NCBI GenBank assembly: GCA_963662465.1
Contig: OY759599.1
Span: 320,001 to 384,000, forward strand
DNA: 64,000 bases
Direction of reading: 5' to 3'
Source of the DNA: Desulfatiglandales bacterium
GTDB lineage: Bacteria; Desulfobacterota; DSM-4660; Desulfatiglandales; Desulfatiglandaceae
In this document: piece by piece, positions 29,919 through 39,619 of the stretch
Layout of the letters: the number at the start of each line of letters is the position of its first letter
Position numbering within the stretch: the stretch's first letter is position 1
The notes under the pieces: model-generated
The model's input: the letters and a program-made list of their open reading frames with translations, nothing else
What the model was told of the DNA's origin: nothing
Databases searched by the model: none
Program-made: the position numbers and the translations under genes

Positions 29919-32120
29919 TTAAAACCGAATTTGGTTGAAATTCATGTGGTCAAGCGGCACTGTTTTCAACCCCTTTTTTACGGGTCCAACTGACCCCGTT
30001 GACACCTCATTTTCATCCAAAAGATACCCTTCAACCATTGCTTCGATCAGTCCCGGGAATTCCTTTTTCTTAAAGTTCGGGAACTGCTCTTTGATGATTT
30101 CGATAATGTGGTTCACAACCCCTTTTTCGTTTTTAACAAAATCCCGCTGGCTATATTTCATTGGGTTTGCTTCGATCTCGTAATACAGAATTGCAAACAG
30201 TTTGCCTCGCCTTTGGGATTCCAGTGCCGCATATTCCAAAGTCCCGGCTTCGGTTCGTTTGAAAATCAATTTTGATTGCAAGCCAGCTGCGTAATTCGTT
30301 TTCACGATATCGAATGCGATATATCCACGGGGGTCGTCAATTCCATACCGCTGACATTCCGTCTCTGTAACGCCGGTCATGCCGGCAACCCAGCGGCAAC
30401 CGTCCACAATTGCAGACGCTCCACGGCTCATATTCTGGTTCATAGTCGCACCATTGGCTTTTGATACGTGGTGCGAAAACAAGATGGTGAGATTGAATTC
30501 TACGGCCAGGGCTTCAAGGCATGAAATCCATTGGGTGCTGTGATCGTTCGAGTTTTCGTCAAGTCCATAAAATCTTGACTTTGGATCTAAAATCAACACG
30601 TCCAGGGGGTCATGATTTTTGATCGTTTGCCGCAGCCATTCCCAATGTTTTGACCTTACGGGGTTATTATCAGCCAATTCCATAAGGGGGCCTAGACGGC
30701 CAACAACAGACACCACATGTAAATTAGTTGGGAATACGCCTGTTTCGGGCGATATCGTCCACAAGCGGCGGTCCACTTCGACCTGGGGGTCTTCGCCGCA
30801 TAGCATCAAAACTTTTAATTCCTGCGTAACTTTAAGGGGTCCAATGCCGGTTCCGTTCGCCGCGCCGTAAGCAAATTGCTGAAGGAAAAATGTTTTTCCG
30901 GTTCCGCCAGCGGCCATAAGTCCACCCACGATTCCCCTGGTTAATATGGGGCGTCCATAATATTCGAGCAATGCGTCTGGGATTGGTGGCGCCTCTGTGA
31001 TATTTACAGCTGTTTGTTCCGGTGTCAGCGGTGGGAAATCGTCAAATTCTTCAGTGCTAGATTCTTTTTCACCAATACATTTTGAGCAATCAAAAGCGCT
31101 TCCGGGAAATCCCATGCCTTTCATGTAGCTGCAATGGAATGCTGCATCCGCATCGCCTGATAGATAAGCAAACATCTCCTTAAAGTGCTGCAACCGTCGC
31201 TCGGGGGTGGTATATGTGCCGGAATGCGGGTATTTTTCCAGAAACGGCCATACAACGCCGATAGTCCGTTTTTCATCGTAACCAGCGGTGATGAAATATT
31301 TACAAAGATTCAAAACCAACTTATTGAAATTCGTCTTTTCCGTTGTCGGGCATGCTGTCAGAACATAACGGATACATGGTGGGATTTCTTTGGATATACG
31401 GGCCTTTTCGTCTTCTGTAAGCGGGTCAGCCTCCACCTTTTCGGACTGCTCCCGGTAAACGAACTTTTTAGCCTCAAGAAACATGTCGGCCAGGTCCACG
31501 CAAACATCCGGCGTGTCGTCGTCAACGTCAATATTCCTGGGGGCCTTGGTGAGTTCGATCAAAGCCACTTCGGGCAGGTCTTTGAACTCCTCAAGGGTAA
31601 GGGGTACTTTATAACAGCCATTGGCGCGCTTGACATTGGGTAAGCGCCACATGCGGCCACGCTTCATATTAAAGACAGCCATGTCTAATGTGGGCAGATT
31701 AAACGATGTTTTCAGCTCTGCGGCCAGACGCTTGTAAATCTTCGGCAACAACGGATCGCCGGCGTTCGCGCCGAAACACTCCGCCGGGATCTCGACGTGG
31801 ACCCCCTTTTTCCCACTCATGAAAAAACGGAATTCGTACGGGTCCGCTCCATAAAGGTCTGATAGATGAACAAGCGTCAGATCCCGGGCGTTTTGAACCG
31901 CGCCGGGTCCGTCGAAGTCAAGGCAGAAATCTCCACATCTATGGGGTTCCGGGGCGCCGCTGTTCTCCCATGGCTTTGAAACGCTCATGTTGGTGATGAA
32001 CATTGCCCCCTTGCGTAGCGCTGCCTCCCGCGCCGCTGGGGTATCAGGTATGAGCTGCCAGGGGCCTTTTTGTTCGGTTGTCCAATAGCGAAATTGGTTG
32101 ACATTTGAATTTTCAGGCAT
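29919..32120 (-). CDS. Primase-helicase (AEP-like primase, Cys-rich domain, RepA/AAA_25 helicase)
   Basis: LDFDG and SGKKGVH primase motifs; PPCI plus further Cys; AAGGTGKT, ILDP, HHVSK, RGAS. Confidence 0.88.
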   Translation of the reverse strand: MPENSNVNQFRYWTTEQKGPWQLIPDTPAAREAALRKGAMFITNMSVSKPWENSGAPEPHRCGDFCLDFDGPGAVQNARDLTLVHLSDLYGADPYEFRFFMSGKKGVHVEIPAECFGANAGDPLLPKIYKRLAAELKTSFNLPTLDMAVFNMKRGRMWRLPNVKRANGCYKVPLTLEEFKDLPEVALIELTKAPRNIDVDDDTPDVCVDLADMFLEAKKFVYREQSEKVEADPLTEDEKARISKEIPPCIRYVLTACPTTEKTNFNKLVLNLCKYFITAGYDEKRTIGVVWPFLEKYPHSGTYTTPERRLQHFKEMFAYLSGDADAAFHCSYMKGMGFPGSAFDCSKCIGEKESSTEEFDDFPPLTPEQTAVNITEAPPIPDALLEYYGRPILTRGIVGGLMAAGGTGKTFFLQQFAYGAANGTGIGPLKVTQELKVLMLCGEDPQVEVDRRLWTISPETGVFPTNLHVVSVVGRLGPLMELADNNPVRSKHWEWLRQTIKNHDPLDVLILDPKSRFYGLDENSNDHSTQWISCLEALAVEFNLTILFSHHVSKANGATMNQNMSRGASAIVDGCRWVAGMTGVTETECQRYGIDDPRGYIAFDIVKTNYAAGLQSKLIFKRTEAGTLEYAALESQRRGKLFAILYYEIEANPMKYSQRDFVKNEKGVVNHIIEIIKEQFPNFKKKEFPGLIEAMVEGYLLDENEVSTGSVGPVKKGLKTVPLDHMNFNQIRF

Positions 32121-32218
32121 TAAAATGCCTCCATACTTCGATTTTCACTTAAGCCGCCTCGCCTGCAAGCATAGCGGCTTTTCTTTTGAGCTGTCGTTTC
32201 GACAATTCCAAAACCGCT

Positions 32219-32416
32219 TCATGATTTTTCTCCGAATTCCAACAATTCAGATTTCCGAAACCTTCTATATTTCCCGAACCTCAAAACAGGAATAGTACCC
32301 AGCCTGATTTGCCGGTATATCCAATGGGGCCGTACCTGTAAAAATTCCGCTGCCTGTTTGACTGTCCATAACGGTTCCGGTTGTTCGCTATTCTTTGCTG
32401 TTTGCGGTTCTGCCAT
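32219..32416 (-). CDS. Excisionase/AlpA-like HTH_17 protein
   Basis: LWTVKQAAEFLQV..WIY....GTIPVLRFGKYRRF. Confidence 0.88.
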   Translation of the reverse strand: MAEPQTAKNSEQPEPLWTVKQAAEFLQVRPHWIYRQIRLGTIPVLRFGKYRRFRKSELLEFGEKS

Positions 32417-32428
32417 TTTTTTTCTCCT

Positions 32429-32636
32429 TCAATAGATGGTTTCAAAAAGATCGGTGGGCTTACGATCCAGGGCCTTGGCAATACGTCCGGCCTGCTCAAT
32501 CGTTGGTAGCCATCCTGCCGCGGAGCATATACGACAACTGGCTTTCATGAACGCCTGAGCGCCGGGCCAGGTCTCGGGCAGAGGGAATGCCTTTTTCAAC
32601 CATGGCGATTAAGACTTTTTTGTTGCGTTTTACCAT
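32429..32636 (-). pseudogene. Cro-like XRE HTH protein with a 1-nt frameshift
   Basis: SARDLARRSGVHESQLSYMLRGR continues in another frame as WLPTIEQAGRIAKALDRKPTDLF; span of 208 nt. Confidence 0.7.
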
Positions 32637-32667
32637 TTTGGTTTTCTCCTTTCTCAAATGTTGTTAT

Positions 32668-32683
32668 ATCGACGTACGACTAT
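32668..32683 (-). promoter_or_regulatory. Operator copy 1 (ATCGACGTACGACTAT) within a putative sigma70 promoter
   Basis: Identical 16-mer at 33273; minus strand TTGCCT-16 nt-TATAAC. Confidence 0.65.
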
Positions 32684-32702
32684 AAGGCAAAAAAATATGG
32701 AA

Positions 32703-33257
32703 TTATGCCGCCTTTTTTTTCAACAGGTAATCAAACCTGAATTTAACTTCTGAAATATCCAGCGTTCTCTTTATATGTTCCTGGTACGGTGGAACTCCAG
32801 CGCCCACAAGGATGGGTTCTTCAATGAATAACATTTGTGAGACTGTAAATCCTTCATGCTCTACCTGCCATTTTCGGATTTTCCCAAAAGCCCAAAAGGC
32901 AAAGCCGCCGTCAATAGTGCGGAAGATATCAACCTTATAGCTACCAGGTCCAACAAGATCCCATGCCGTCCCTGTTTGCTTCGCCTGATACCCGGGCCAT
33001 AAACCACTGTCTTTCAGCCATGGTTTTAACTCATTCACAATATCCCTTGATTCTGGAATTGAAAAATTTAACTGGTTGACAAGCCAGCCGCCCAAATAAA
33101 TATGAAATGCCTGCTCTAGCGTGAATTGCCGGGCGATGCCACCACTTTGACCGGCAACAGGATCAAGCCCTAAAAACTCACGCCCCCACCTTTTCCACTT
33201 GGGGAATGAGATTTGCAACGCTTCGCTGATATTTCTTGATTCGTATATTTTTTTCAT
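32703..33257 (-). CDS. Putative repressor with N-terminal MerR-like HTH
   Basis: SRNISEALQISFPKWKRWGREF...ARQFT; first gene of the regulatory module. Confidence 0.65.
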   Translation of the reverse strand: MKKIYESRNISEALQISFPKWKRWGREFLGLDPVAGQSGGIARQFTLEQAFHIYLGGWLVNQLNFSIPESRDIVNELKPWLKDSGLWPGYQAKQTGTAWDLVGPGSYKVDIFRTIDGGFAFWAFGKIRKWQVEHEGFTVSQMLFIEEPILVGAGVPPYQEHIKRTLDISEVKFRFDYLLKKKAA

Positions 33258-33264
33258 GTTGGAC

Positions 33265-33293
33265 GTTGTAACATCGACGTACGACTATGTCAA
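33265..33293 (-). promoter_or_regulatory. Sigma70 promoter with operator copy 2 in its spacer; probable leaderless mRNA
   Basis: TTGACA-17 nt-TACAAC, ending 7 nt before ATG 33257; no SD. Confidence 0.65.
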
Positions 33294-33553
33294 GCATTAT
33301 TTTCAACTTTTTTTTCACATCGCTGTATTTTTTTTTGAAAACAGGATTTCCACGGGCAGTATTCCGCGCAGCTCGGTTGGTGGGTCAAAAAATCCAAGGT
33401 AACAAAAAGGTAACATTTAGGTAAAAACACCTCCCTGTTTTGCTTTATTGTCCATTGTTGCCTGGTAGTGCCGTAAGTAAAGCAAGCATTTGGTATGATT
33501 AGAGAAAAAGCCTTGCTTAGTTTTGTTTCTTGTTCGCTAATAGTGGCAAGTTT

Positions 33554-33612
33554 CTATCTTGAGGGGGTAGTGGGCTACGCCCGTGCGGGTTCAAGTCCCG
33601 CCTTCGGCACCA
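33554..33612 (+). repeat. attR of element 1 and attL region of element 2 (tRNA-Leu 3' fragment)
   Basis: Exact copy of 13557-13615; lacks the tRNA 5' part. Confidence 0.95.
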
Positions 33613-33635
33613 TTTTTAATAGTAAATTCAACAAC

Positions 33636-34730
33636 TTAAACACTGTTAAGAGCCCTTTCCCGTTGTGCACCTGTTGTGCACCTAGCTTTTCGGAAAAGGG
33701 CTCTTTTCTTTTCGGCATTCACCTGAAAATATCTATCAAAAGCTTTATTGGTTTCATGCCCCGTTCCGTATTTTTTGATTTCTTCCGGTGTGCAATCATC
33801 CCCTAATGCAACAACTGTTGAATGTTTTGTTCCAGGATACAGGGGTACTCCTTCCACTCCCAAATTCTTGCATGCCATTCTCCAATAGGTGTAAATATAA
33901 TCCTTGCCGAATCTTCCCCTTTTTGATTTATGAACCCCTTTTCTTTTCCCATGACGGAAAAAATACATTTCCTTGTCAATGACTGGCGGGAACGATTTTA
34001 TGATTTCAATGTCTTCATCTAAGAGATAAACTTTTTTCGGTTTTTTTTCTTTGTTATGTGTGATTTCCATTATTCCATTGGAAAGATCAATATCTTTTTC
34101 CTTGATATGGATCATCTCAATCGGTCTTACGTTAACGTAAGTGGAAAGCCATAATGCACCAATATAGATTTTAGAATTAAATGTTGTGATACGTTTCAGC
34201 TCTTCTAAAATTATTCCTTGTGTGGGCTTATCAACTATCTTCCGATATTCGCTTTCATAGGAAATATCAGGAAATTCCGGCATTATTATTTTTATTTTTG
34301 CTCTTCTATTTCTCTTAATTACCCAATTGAAAAATGAATGAAGTGTTGCCTTTATGTTGTGTTTTGATTTATCTGAAAGATGGGCAGGTAGTTGGTCAAA
34401 AAAATCCTCTAATTCAGGATAATCTATTTCTTTAATGTTTGTGCTTTTGAAGTAAACACAAGCATAATTCATATGGTTTTTCAGATTGCGTAAACACCTA
34501 ACCTGTTTTTCCTTTTTTTGTAACCACTGCTCGGATAATGTTCTAAACGCCAATGGTTCCCCTTTTTGAAAATCTCTTTCATCAAAGGTCCCTTCATCAT
34601 GTTTGTATCGTAAAGCATTTAAAAATCTTTCAGCTTCATGAAGATCTTCAAAGCGCTTAAAGACTTTCTGAAAACGAACAATATATTTAGATCCCTTTTT
34701 CCCCTTGTTGTTGATGATTTTCCCTTGCAT
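33636..34730 (-). CDS. Divergent tyrosine recombinase/integrase
   Basis: NVRPIE, YPGTKHS, GHET, FDRY; next to att; start taken at ATG 34730. Confidence 0.8.
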   Translation of the reverse strand: MQGKIINNKGKKGSKYIVRFQKVFKRFEDLHEAERFLNALRYKHDEGTFDERDFQKGEPLAFRTLSEQWLQKKEKQVRCLRNLKNHMNYACVYFKSTNIKEIDYPELEDFFDQLPAHLSDKSKHNIKATLHSFFNWVIKRNRRAKIKIIMPEFPDISYESEYRKIVDKPTQGIILEELKRITTFNSKIYIGALWLSTYVNVRPIEMIHIKEKDIDLSNGIMEITHNKEKKPKKVYLLDEDIEIIKSFPPVIDKEMYFFRHGKRKGVHKSKRGRFGKDYIYTYWRMACKNLGVEGVPLYPGTKHSTVVALGDDCTPEEIKKYGTGHETNKAFDRYFQVNAEKKRALFRKARCTTGAQRERALNSV

Positions 34731-35452
34731 ACAAAACCCCCCGTGTCCCTGATTAGTATCAAGGATATTATATGGAGGATTATTTGCTTTTTTGTCAAGG
34801 GAAATATTCATTTATTATTTATTATTGATATTAATTATGTTTTTTATCTGCAATTATAGCATATTTTTTTGATTTTTCTTCGGGTTTTTCAGGCTTTTCA
34901 GAAGTGAGCTTTTCTTTTCCCTTTTTGAAAATGACGGAATTTATCGAGGCTGTTACCCGAATAAAGGAAAGGTATTAATTCAGGAACGACCTTATTGATG
35001 CCTGTAAGCGGGTGTAGCTGGCGGTGAGAGGATGGTGGTTGATAGGTTAGGGTAGCTCCCTAAATCATCTTGAAAAACGAAGTTATTTTTTATTCAAATT
35101 ACATTGTAATATGAAATAGATAGGCGCAAAAAACGAATAAACGGGCCGCATATTCTAATGATTATGCGGAAAAGAATGGAATGGAAGTTGTGAAGATATT
35201 CAAGGATGATATTTCAGGCACCAAAGAAGACCGACCTGCCCTGGCTGATCTTATGTTTGACCTGGAAGAAAACGGGCATGGTGTCAAGACCGTTATCATT
35301 GAAATGGTCAATCGGCTGGCAAGGGATTTGATGGTGCAAGAATTCATCATTAAGGATTTTCAGAAACACGGCTTCCATTTGATTTCCGCCACAGAAGACG
35401 TGGACCTTCTCAGTGAAGATCCAACAAGAAAGTTAGTCCGACAAGTTTTAGG

Positions 35453-37380
35453 GGGCGACCTGCAGCCCCAGTTTTCTAAGTGACAGTGATAGTCTGTCTA
35501 TGCTGTACCGCAAAATGGCATAAGGTCAACATTAGGATTATCTCTCCGGAGGCAAAGTTTCCGTCGTGCCCATCGAACGGGAACGCCGGAGGTAAGTGAC
35601 TCACTACGCCGTAAGGCGGGTGGGAGAAGGGCTTGAGACCGATGCTCAGATCCGATTTCAGATGCCTAAGCGACGGCCGGCATTTGATTAGACCGAGGTG
35701 GCGTGGCCGTGGGACGAGGGTACCTTAAAGCCTGTAGTCCGGCCCGTTGGGGGAAAAGACGGGATCAAAGTCGAGGCATATTGCGGATAGCCTTGCTGGA
35801 AACGGTTATAAGTGATTAGGTTTGGAGAGGAGCAGAATAGAGAACTGGGGTGACCGGGTGAGATCTTGTGGAAGTCTCGCAGAATGCGAGTAGGGAACTG
35901 GGAACCTGATGCGACCATGAGAAGTCAGCGCCGTCATATTAGGCACATGGGGTCAACCTGTGCCGAAGGACGACACCGTGAAAGGTAGGTAAAGGGATAT
36001 TGCGCGGGCAGGGGTACGTTCCAAGCGAAAACGGCCCGGAACTGGCAGACAGTACCGCCGTGGTATACAGACCTATCTGGTGTAGGATGGTATCAATTGG
36101 CTAAGATTTTACACAGTGTCATAGACAAAGTTTACAACTGGGTCAACCTGGAAAAGGCATCGGCCAAGGTAATTGCCAACCGAGGCAGTGCCGGTGTTGA
36201 CGGCATGGATGTGAAGGCATGGAGAGGCAAACTTAAGGAACACCTGAGCACTTTACGGCACAGACTGATGAACGACACCTATCGGAGCAAGGCGGTCAAG
36301 CGGACTTACATTGACAAGCCTGGCAGCCGGAAGAAGCGCCCACTGGGTATTCCGGTGGTAGTGGATCGCGTGTGTCAGCAAGCTGTGCATGCGCAGCTGA
36401 GCCCTGTGTTTGAAGAATACTTCCACCCAAACAGCTATGGTTTCCGTCCGGGGCGCAGTACACATACTGCTGCCGTCCAGGTTCAGGAGTTGAGAGGCAA
36501 AGGATATGGCTATGTGGTAGATCTTGACATCAGAGGTTTCTTTGACCATGTGGATCATGAAATCCTGATGAAGTTGGTCGGCAAGGTGGTGAAGGATCGA
36601 CGGGTCCTGGGCCTGATACGCGGCTGGCTGACGGCTGGAGTAATGGAGGAGGGCAATATACGCTTTCAGGTCTCCGGCACACCGCAGGGTGGGGTAATCA
36701 GTCCTTTACTGAGTAACATTTACCTCACAGTGCTGGATAATGCGTTGGCGGCAAAAGGACATCCATTTGTCCGATATGCCGATGACGTGGTAATTTTCTG
36801 CCACGGGCGCGAGCAAGCAGACCAAATACTTGTCTATGTACGCCAGGTACTCAGCGAGCTCAAGCTGGAGCTTAACGATGAAAAGACCTGCGTGCGGTCA
36901 TTTTCCGAAGGATTTGATTTTCTTGGATTCCATTTCAATACGCGTGGGATGAAGGTCGGGACCAAATCGCTCAAAGGCCTGTACCGTAAGGTGCGGGAGG
37001 TAACCCGACGGCAACAAGGTGATCTACCTGTGGAATTACTGATAGAAAGGCTCAATCCGATTTTGAGAGGGTGGGGCAACTATCACAAAAGAGGCCGCAA
37101 TGTAGGACTGCTCACAAGGCTGGATAGATGGGTAAGAAAGCGCTTGCGTGCTTATATACACAAGCGTTGGCGTACCACTGAAGGGCATCCGTCTAACAAC
37201 GAACTGGCCCAAAAGGGATTGGTGTCAATGCGAAGCATTATCCGGCCAAGGTGGCATGGTCAATTGCTGCTGTTTGAAGCTCCCCGGATGGGGTAATTCA
37301 CGGGACCGCCGGATGCGGGAAAACTGCCTGTCCGGTGGTAACGGGGGCTTGGCTCTGGCGACAGAGTCATTCTACCCACT
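35453..37380 (+). mobile_element. Group II intron (about 1928 nt)
   Basis: 5' GGGCG; domain V ACCGCCGGATGCGG-GAAA-ACTGCCTGTCCGGTGGT at about 37304-37339; domain VI to CTACCCACT; removal restores the resolvase frame. Confidence 0.9.
36097..37296 (+). CDS. ltrA: Group II intron reverse transcriptase/maturase without endonuclease domain
   Basis: AGVDG, RPLGIP..DR, SYGFRPGRS, DIRGFFD, GTPQGG..SPLL, RYADD, FDFLGF, LNPILRGWGNY. Confidence 0.95.
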   Translation: MAKILHSVIDKVYNWVNLEKASAKVIANRGSAGVDGMDVKAWRGKLKEHLSTLRHRLMNDTYRSKAVKRTYIDKPGSRKKRPLGIPVVVDRVCQQAVHAQLSPVFEEYFHPNSYGFRPGRSTHTAAVQVQELRGKGYGYVVDLDIRGFFDHVDHEILMKLVGKVVKDRRVLGLIRGWLTAGVMEEGNIRFQVSGTPQGGVISPLLSNIYLTVLDNALAAKGHPFVRYADDVVIFCHGREQADQILVYVRQVLSELKLELNDEKTCVRSFSEGFDFLGFHFNTRGMKVGTKSLKGLYRKVREVTRRQQGDLPVELLIERLNPILRGWGNYHKRGRNVGLLTRLDRWVRKRLRAYIHKRWRTTEGHPSNNELAQKGLVSMRSIIRPRWHGQLLLFEAPRMG

Positions 37381-37691
37381 TGCCATTGCTGAGTATGAAA
37401 AGCAAATGCTTGTGAGGAAACTCAAAGCCGCAAGAGATAGGCAAAGGCGGAAAACAGGAAAATGTGAAGGGCGGAAAAACTGGAAGGAAAAAGCGCCGGA
37501 AGTGTTGGCGGAAGTCAAGGCATTGAGAAGGAAAAGAAAAGGAATTCAAAAGAGGATGTCATTTGCTCAAGTGGCGGAAGTTCTCAATGAAAAAGGATTT
37601 CAAAATTCAACAGGTGGTAAGTTCACTGGTAAAGGCGTTTCGAGTTTGTATTCCCGTAACGCATAGCCTATCAGAACAAGAGTTAATCAAT

Positions 37692-37749
37692 AGCCCTACC
37701 CCTTATTGTAGGGCTTTGTTATTACTGTCGATTGTGGGGCATCTGAGGG
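37692..37749 (+). repeat. Imperfect direct repeat with hairpin, copy 1
   Basis: AGCCCTAC..GTAGGGCTTTGTT...TGTCGATTGTGGGGC.TCTGAGGG; second copy at 40397-40451. Confidence 0.8.
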
Positions 37750-37888
37750 CTTCAAGGATGCAAAACAATTTAATGATATTGATTTGAAGGAGTAAATCCT
37801 ATTGGCGTGAATAATATTCACTATATTTTCTTGTTGACATCCATCCCAGAAAGGTTTTTTATATGTATAATAATTAATTTATTGTTAG

Positions 37889-39583
37889 ATGGTTATGAGA
37901 CAAATATGGAGATATGTCATGGCTCTGATATCCAAGCGCGTGAATCCTTACCTTTTTATCTTTCTGCTTATCGCTTTTTTCCTGATTCCCACCATTGGGT
38001 TTGCAGCCACGATCCGTGTTCCAAGCGAGCAAGCGACTATTCAGGCCGGTATTGATGCAGCGGTGGCTGGGGATACGGTTTTGGTGGCTGATGGGACTTA
38101 TACGGGGGAAGGGAATAAGAATATTGATTTCAAGGGGAAGGCTATCACGGTTCAGTCAGAAAATGGGGCCGAGAATTGTATTGTTGATTGTGAAAGTCTT
38201 GGGAGGGGTTTCTATTTTCATAATAAAGAAGGCCCTAGCTCTATTCTCTTTGGATTTACTATAAAGGGTGGTTTTGCTTTTGAAGACAATAATGAAGGTG
38301 GGGGTGGAATATATCTTTTTCGATCATCACCTTCAATTACTTATTGCACTATTACTTTAAATTCAGGTGGGGGTATTTGTTCTAATTATTCTTTTCCTAA
38401 AATTTCTAGCTGCATTATTAGTAAAAATACTGCCGACTATGGTGGGGGAATTCATTTATTTTATTCCTCACCAACCATTATAAATTGCACCATTAAGGAT
38501 AACACTGGTTACAATACCGGTGGTGGGATTCGTTGTTATGAATCCTCTCCGTCAATTATGAACTCTGCAATTACAGAAAATACTGTTCATGGCGATGGGG
38601 GTGGAATTTATTGTGGCTGTTCTTCCTCTCCAGCCATTACAAAATGCAATATTAGTGAGAACGAGGCTTATAATAATGGGGGCGGTATTTATTGCGGTTA
38701 TGGGAACATTAGTAGTTCACCTTCCCCGGACATCCTTGGGAGTATTATCAGAAATAACATAGCAAGAGTTAATGGCGGAGGAATCTATGCATATTACTGC
38801 TATTCAAGAATCATTAACTGTATCATTGCAGAAAACAAGGCTTTTCAAGGCGGTGGTATTTTTGGCTTCTATAGCAATTCGTTAAAAATTATCAATTGTA
38901 CAATTGCTGGCAACAATGCTAATGCTTATGGTGGAGGGATAAAGGCTGATGCCTATGATGTTCTAACCAATTCCATCTTTTGGAAAAACACACCTGATTC
39001 AATATATGGAGATCCCACTACAACCTATTCTGATATTGAAGGTGGATATGCTGGAGAGGGCAATATCCAAAGCAACCCTGAATTTGTTTCGGAAACAGAT
39101 TACCGCTTGTCTGCATCTTCCCCCTGTATTGATACAGGCACATCAAATGGTACACCAAATACAGACATAAATGGCAACCCAAGACCTCAAGGCAACGGCT
39201 ATGACATGGGGGCTTATGAGTCTGATCAGAGCGGTGGTGCAAGACCCACAGTAAATGCAGGTAGTGACCAACAAGTTTTTAACAGCATCAAACTCGATGG
39301 CAGTGCTTCCACGGCCCCTAGTGGTTCCATCACTACTTACTCATGGGCTTTGAAATACCAAGGAAATTCATCGTATGACCGCACAGCAACAGGCGTGAGC
39401 CCAACTGTTTCAACTCTCCAACCTGGTTTCTATGATGTGACTCTAACAGTAACCGATAACCAAGGGTTGACCAATACAGATACCATGCTCTTTTCAGCCA
39501 TGGGCATCAATTGCGACTTCAACGGCGACGGTGACGTAGATGGATCAGACCTTCAAGTATTCTCTACCAATTACGGGAAATAG
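37889..39583 (+). CDS. Secreted right-handed beta-helix protein with PKD domain and dockerin/EF-hand-like C-terminus
   Basis: Signal peptide, TIQAGIDAA..GDTVLVADGTY, repeated GGGI..N, SPCIDTG..DMGAYE, LDGSAS..YSW, DFNGDGDVDGSDL; true start may be a downstream ATG. Confidence 0.88.
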   Translation: MVMRQIWRYVMALISKRVNPYLFIFLLIAFFLIPTIGFAATIRVPSEQATIQAGIDAAVAGDTVLVADGTYTGEGNKNIDFKGKAITVQSENGAENCIVDCESLGRGFYFHNKEGPSSILFGFTIKGGFAFEDNNEGGGGIYLFRSSPSITYCTITLNSGGGICSNYSFPKISSCIISKNTADYGGGIHLFYSSPTIINCTIKDNTGYNTGGGIRCYESSPSIMNSAITENTVHGDGGGIYCGCSSSPAITKCNISENEAYNNGGGIYCGYGNISSSPSPDILGSIIRNNIARVNGGGIYAYYCYSRIINCIIAENKAFQGGGIFGFYSNSLKIINCTIAGNNANAYGGGIKADAYDVLTNSIFWKNTPDSIYGDPTTTYSDIEGGYAGEGNIQSNPEFVSETDYRLSASSPCIDTGTSNGTPNTDINGNPRPQGNGYDMGAYESDQSGGARPTVNAGSDQQVFNSIKLDGSASTAPSGSITTYSWALKYQGNSSYDRTATGVSPTVSTLQPGFYDVTLTVTDNQGLTNTDTMLFSAMGINCDFNGDGDVDGSDLQVFSTNYGK

Positions 39584-39619
39584 GAATATTTGAAATTGAT
39601 TGAAAAACGGGTAATCAGC

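Larger units (their letters stand above)
13557..33612. mobile_element. Element 1: tRNA-Leu-integrated phage satellite (PICI-like) carrying two IS insertions
   Basis: 59-bp direct repeat of the tRNA 3' part (13557-13615 = 33554-33612); integrase, primase-helicase, AlpA-like HTH, terminase and S49 protease; no recognisable structural genes. Confidence 0.9.
35160..37666 (+). pseudogene. Serine recombinase (resolvase) remnant, 5'-truncated and interrupted by a group II intron
   Basis: DDISGTKEDRPAL, NRLARDL, rejoined RQVLG-AIAEYEK, EGRK; catalytic YxRVS N-terminus absent. Confidence 0.82.

Noticed and set aside
33554..33612. Additional tRNA-Leu genes here and at 49540-49568
   Set aside because: Both lack the 5' acceptor strand and D arm; they are att duplications.
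13557..33612. Complete prophage or capsid-forming PICI
   Set aside because: No recognisable major capsid, portal, tail or lysis genes between the att sites.
36097..37296. Retron, DGR or defence reverse transcriptase
   Set aside because: The maturase domain, domains V/VI and precise interruption of a host gene identify a group II intron; no template/variable repeat pair or effector gene was seen.
37148..37666. 172-aa ORF as an independent gene
   Set aside because: It is a read-through of intron 3' sequence into the second exon of the resolvase.
38290..38940. Repeated GGGI..N units as a DNA repeat array
   Set aside because: They are beta-helix protein repeats with diverged codons.
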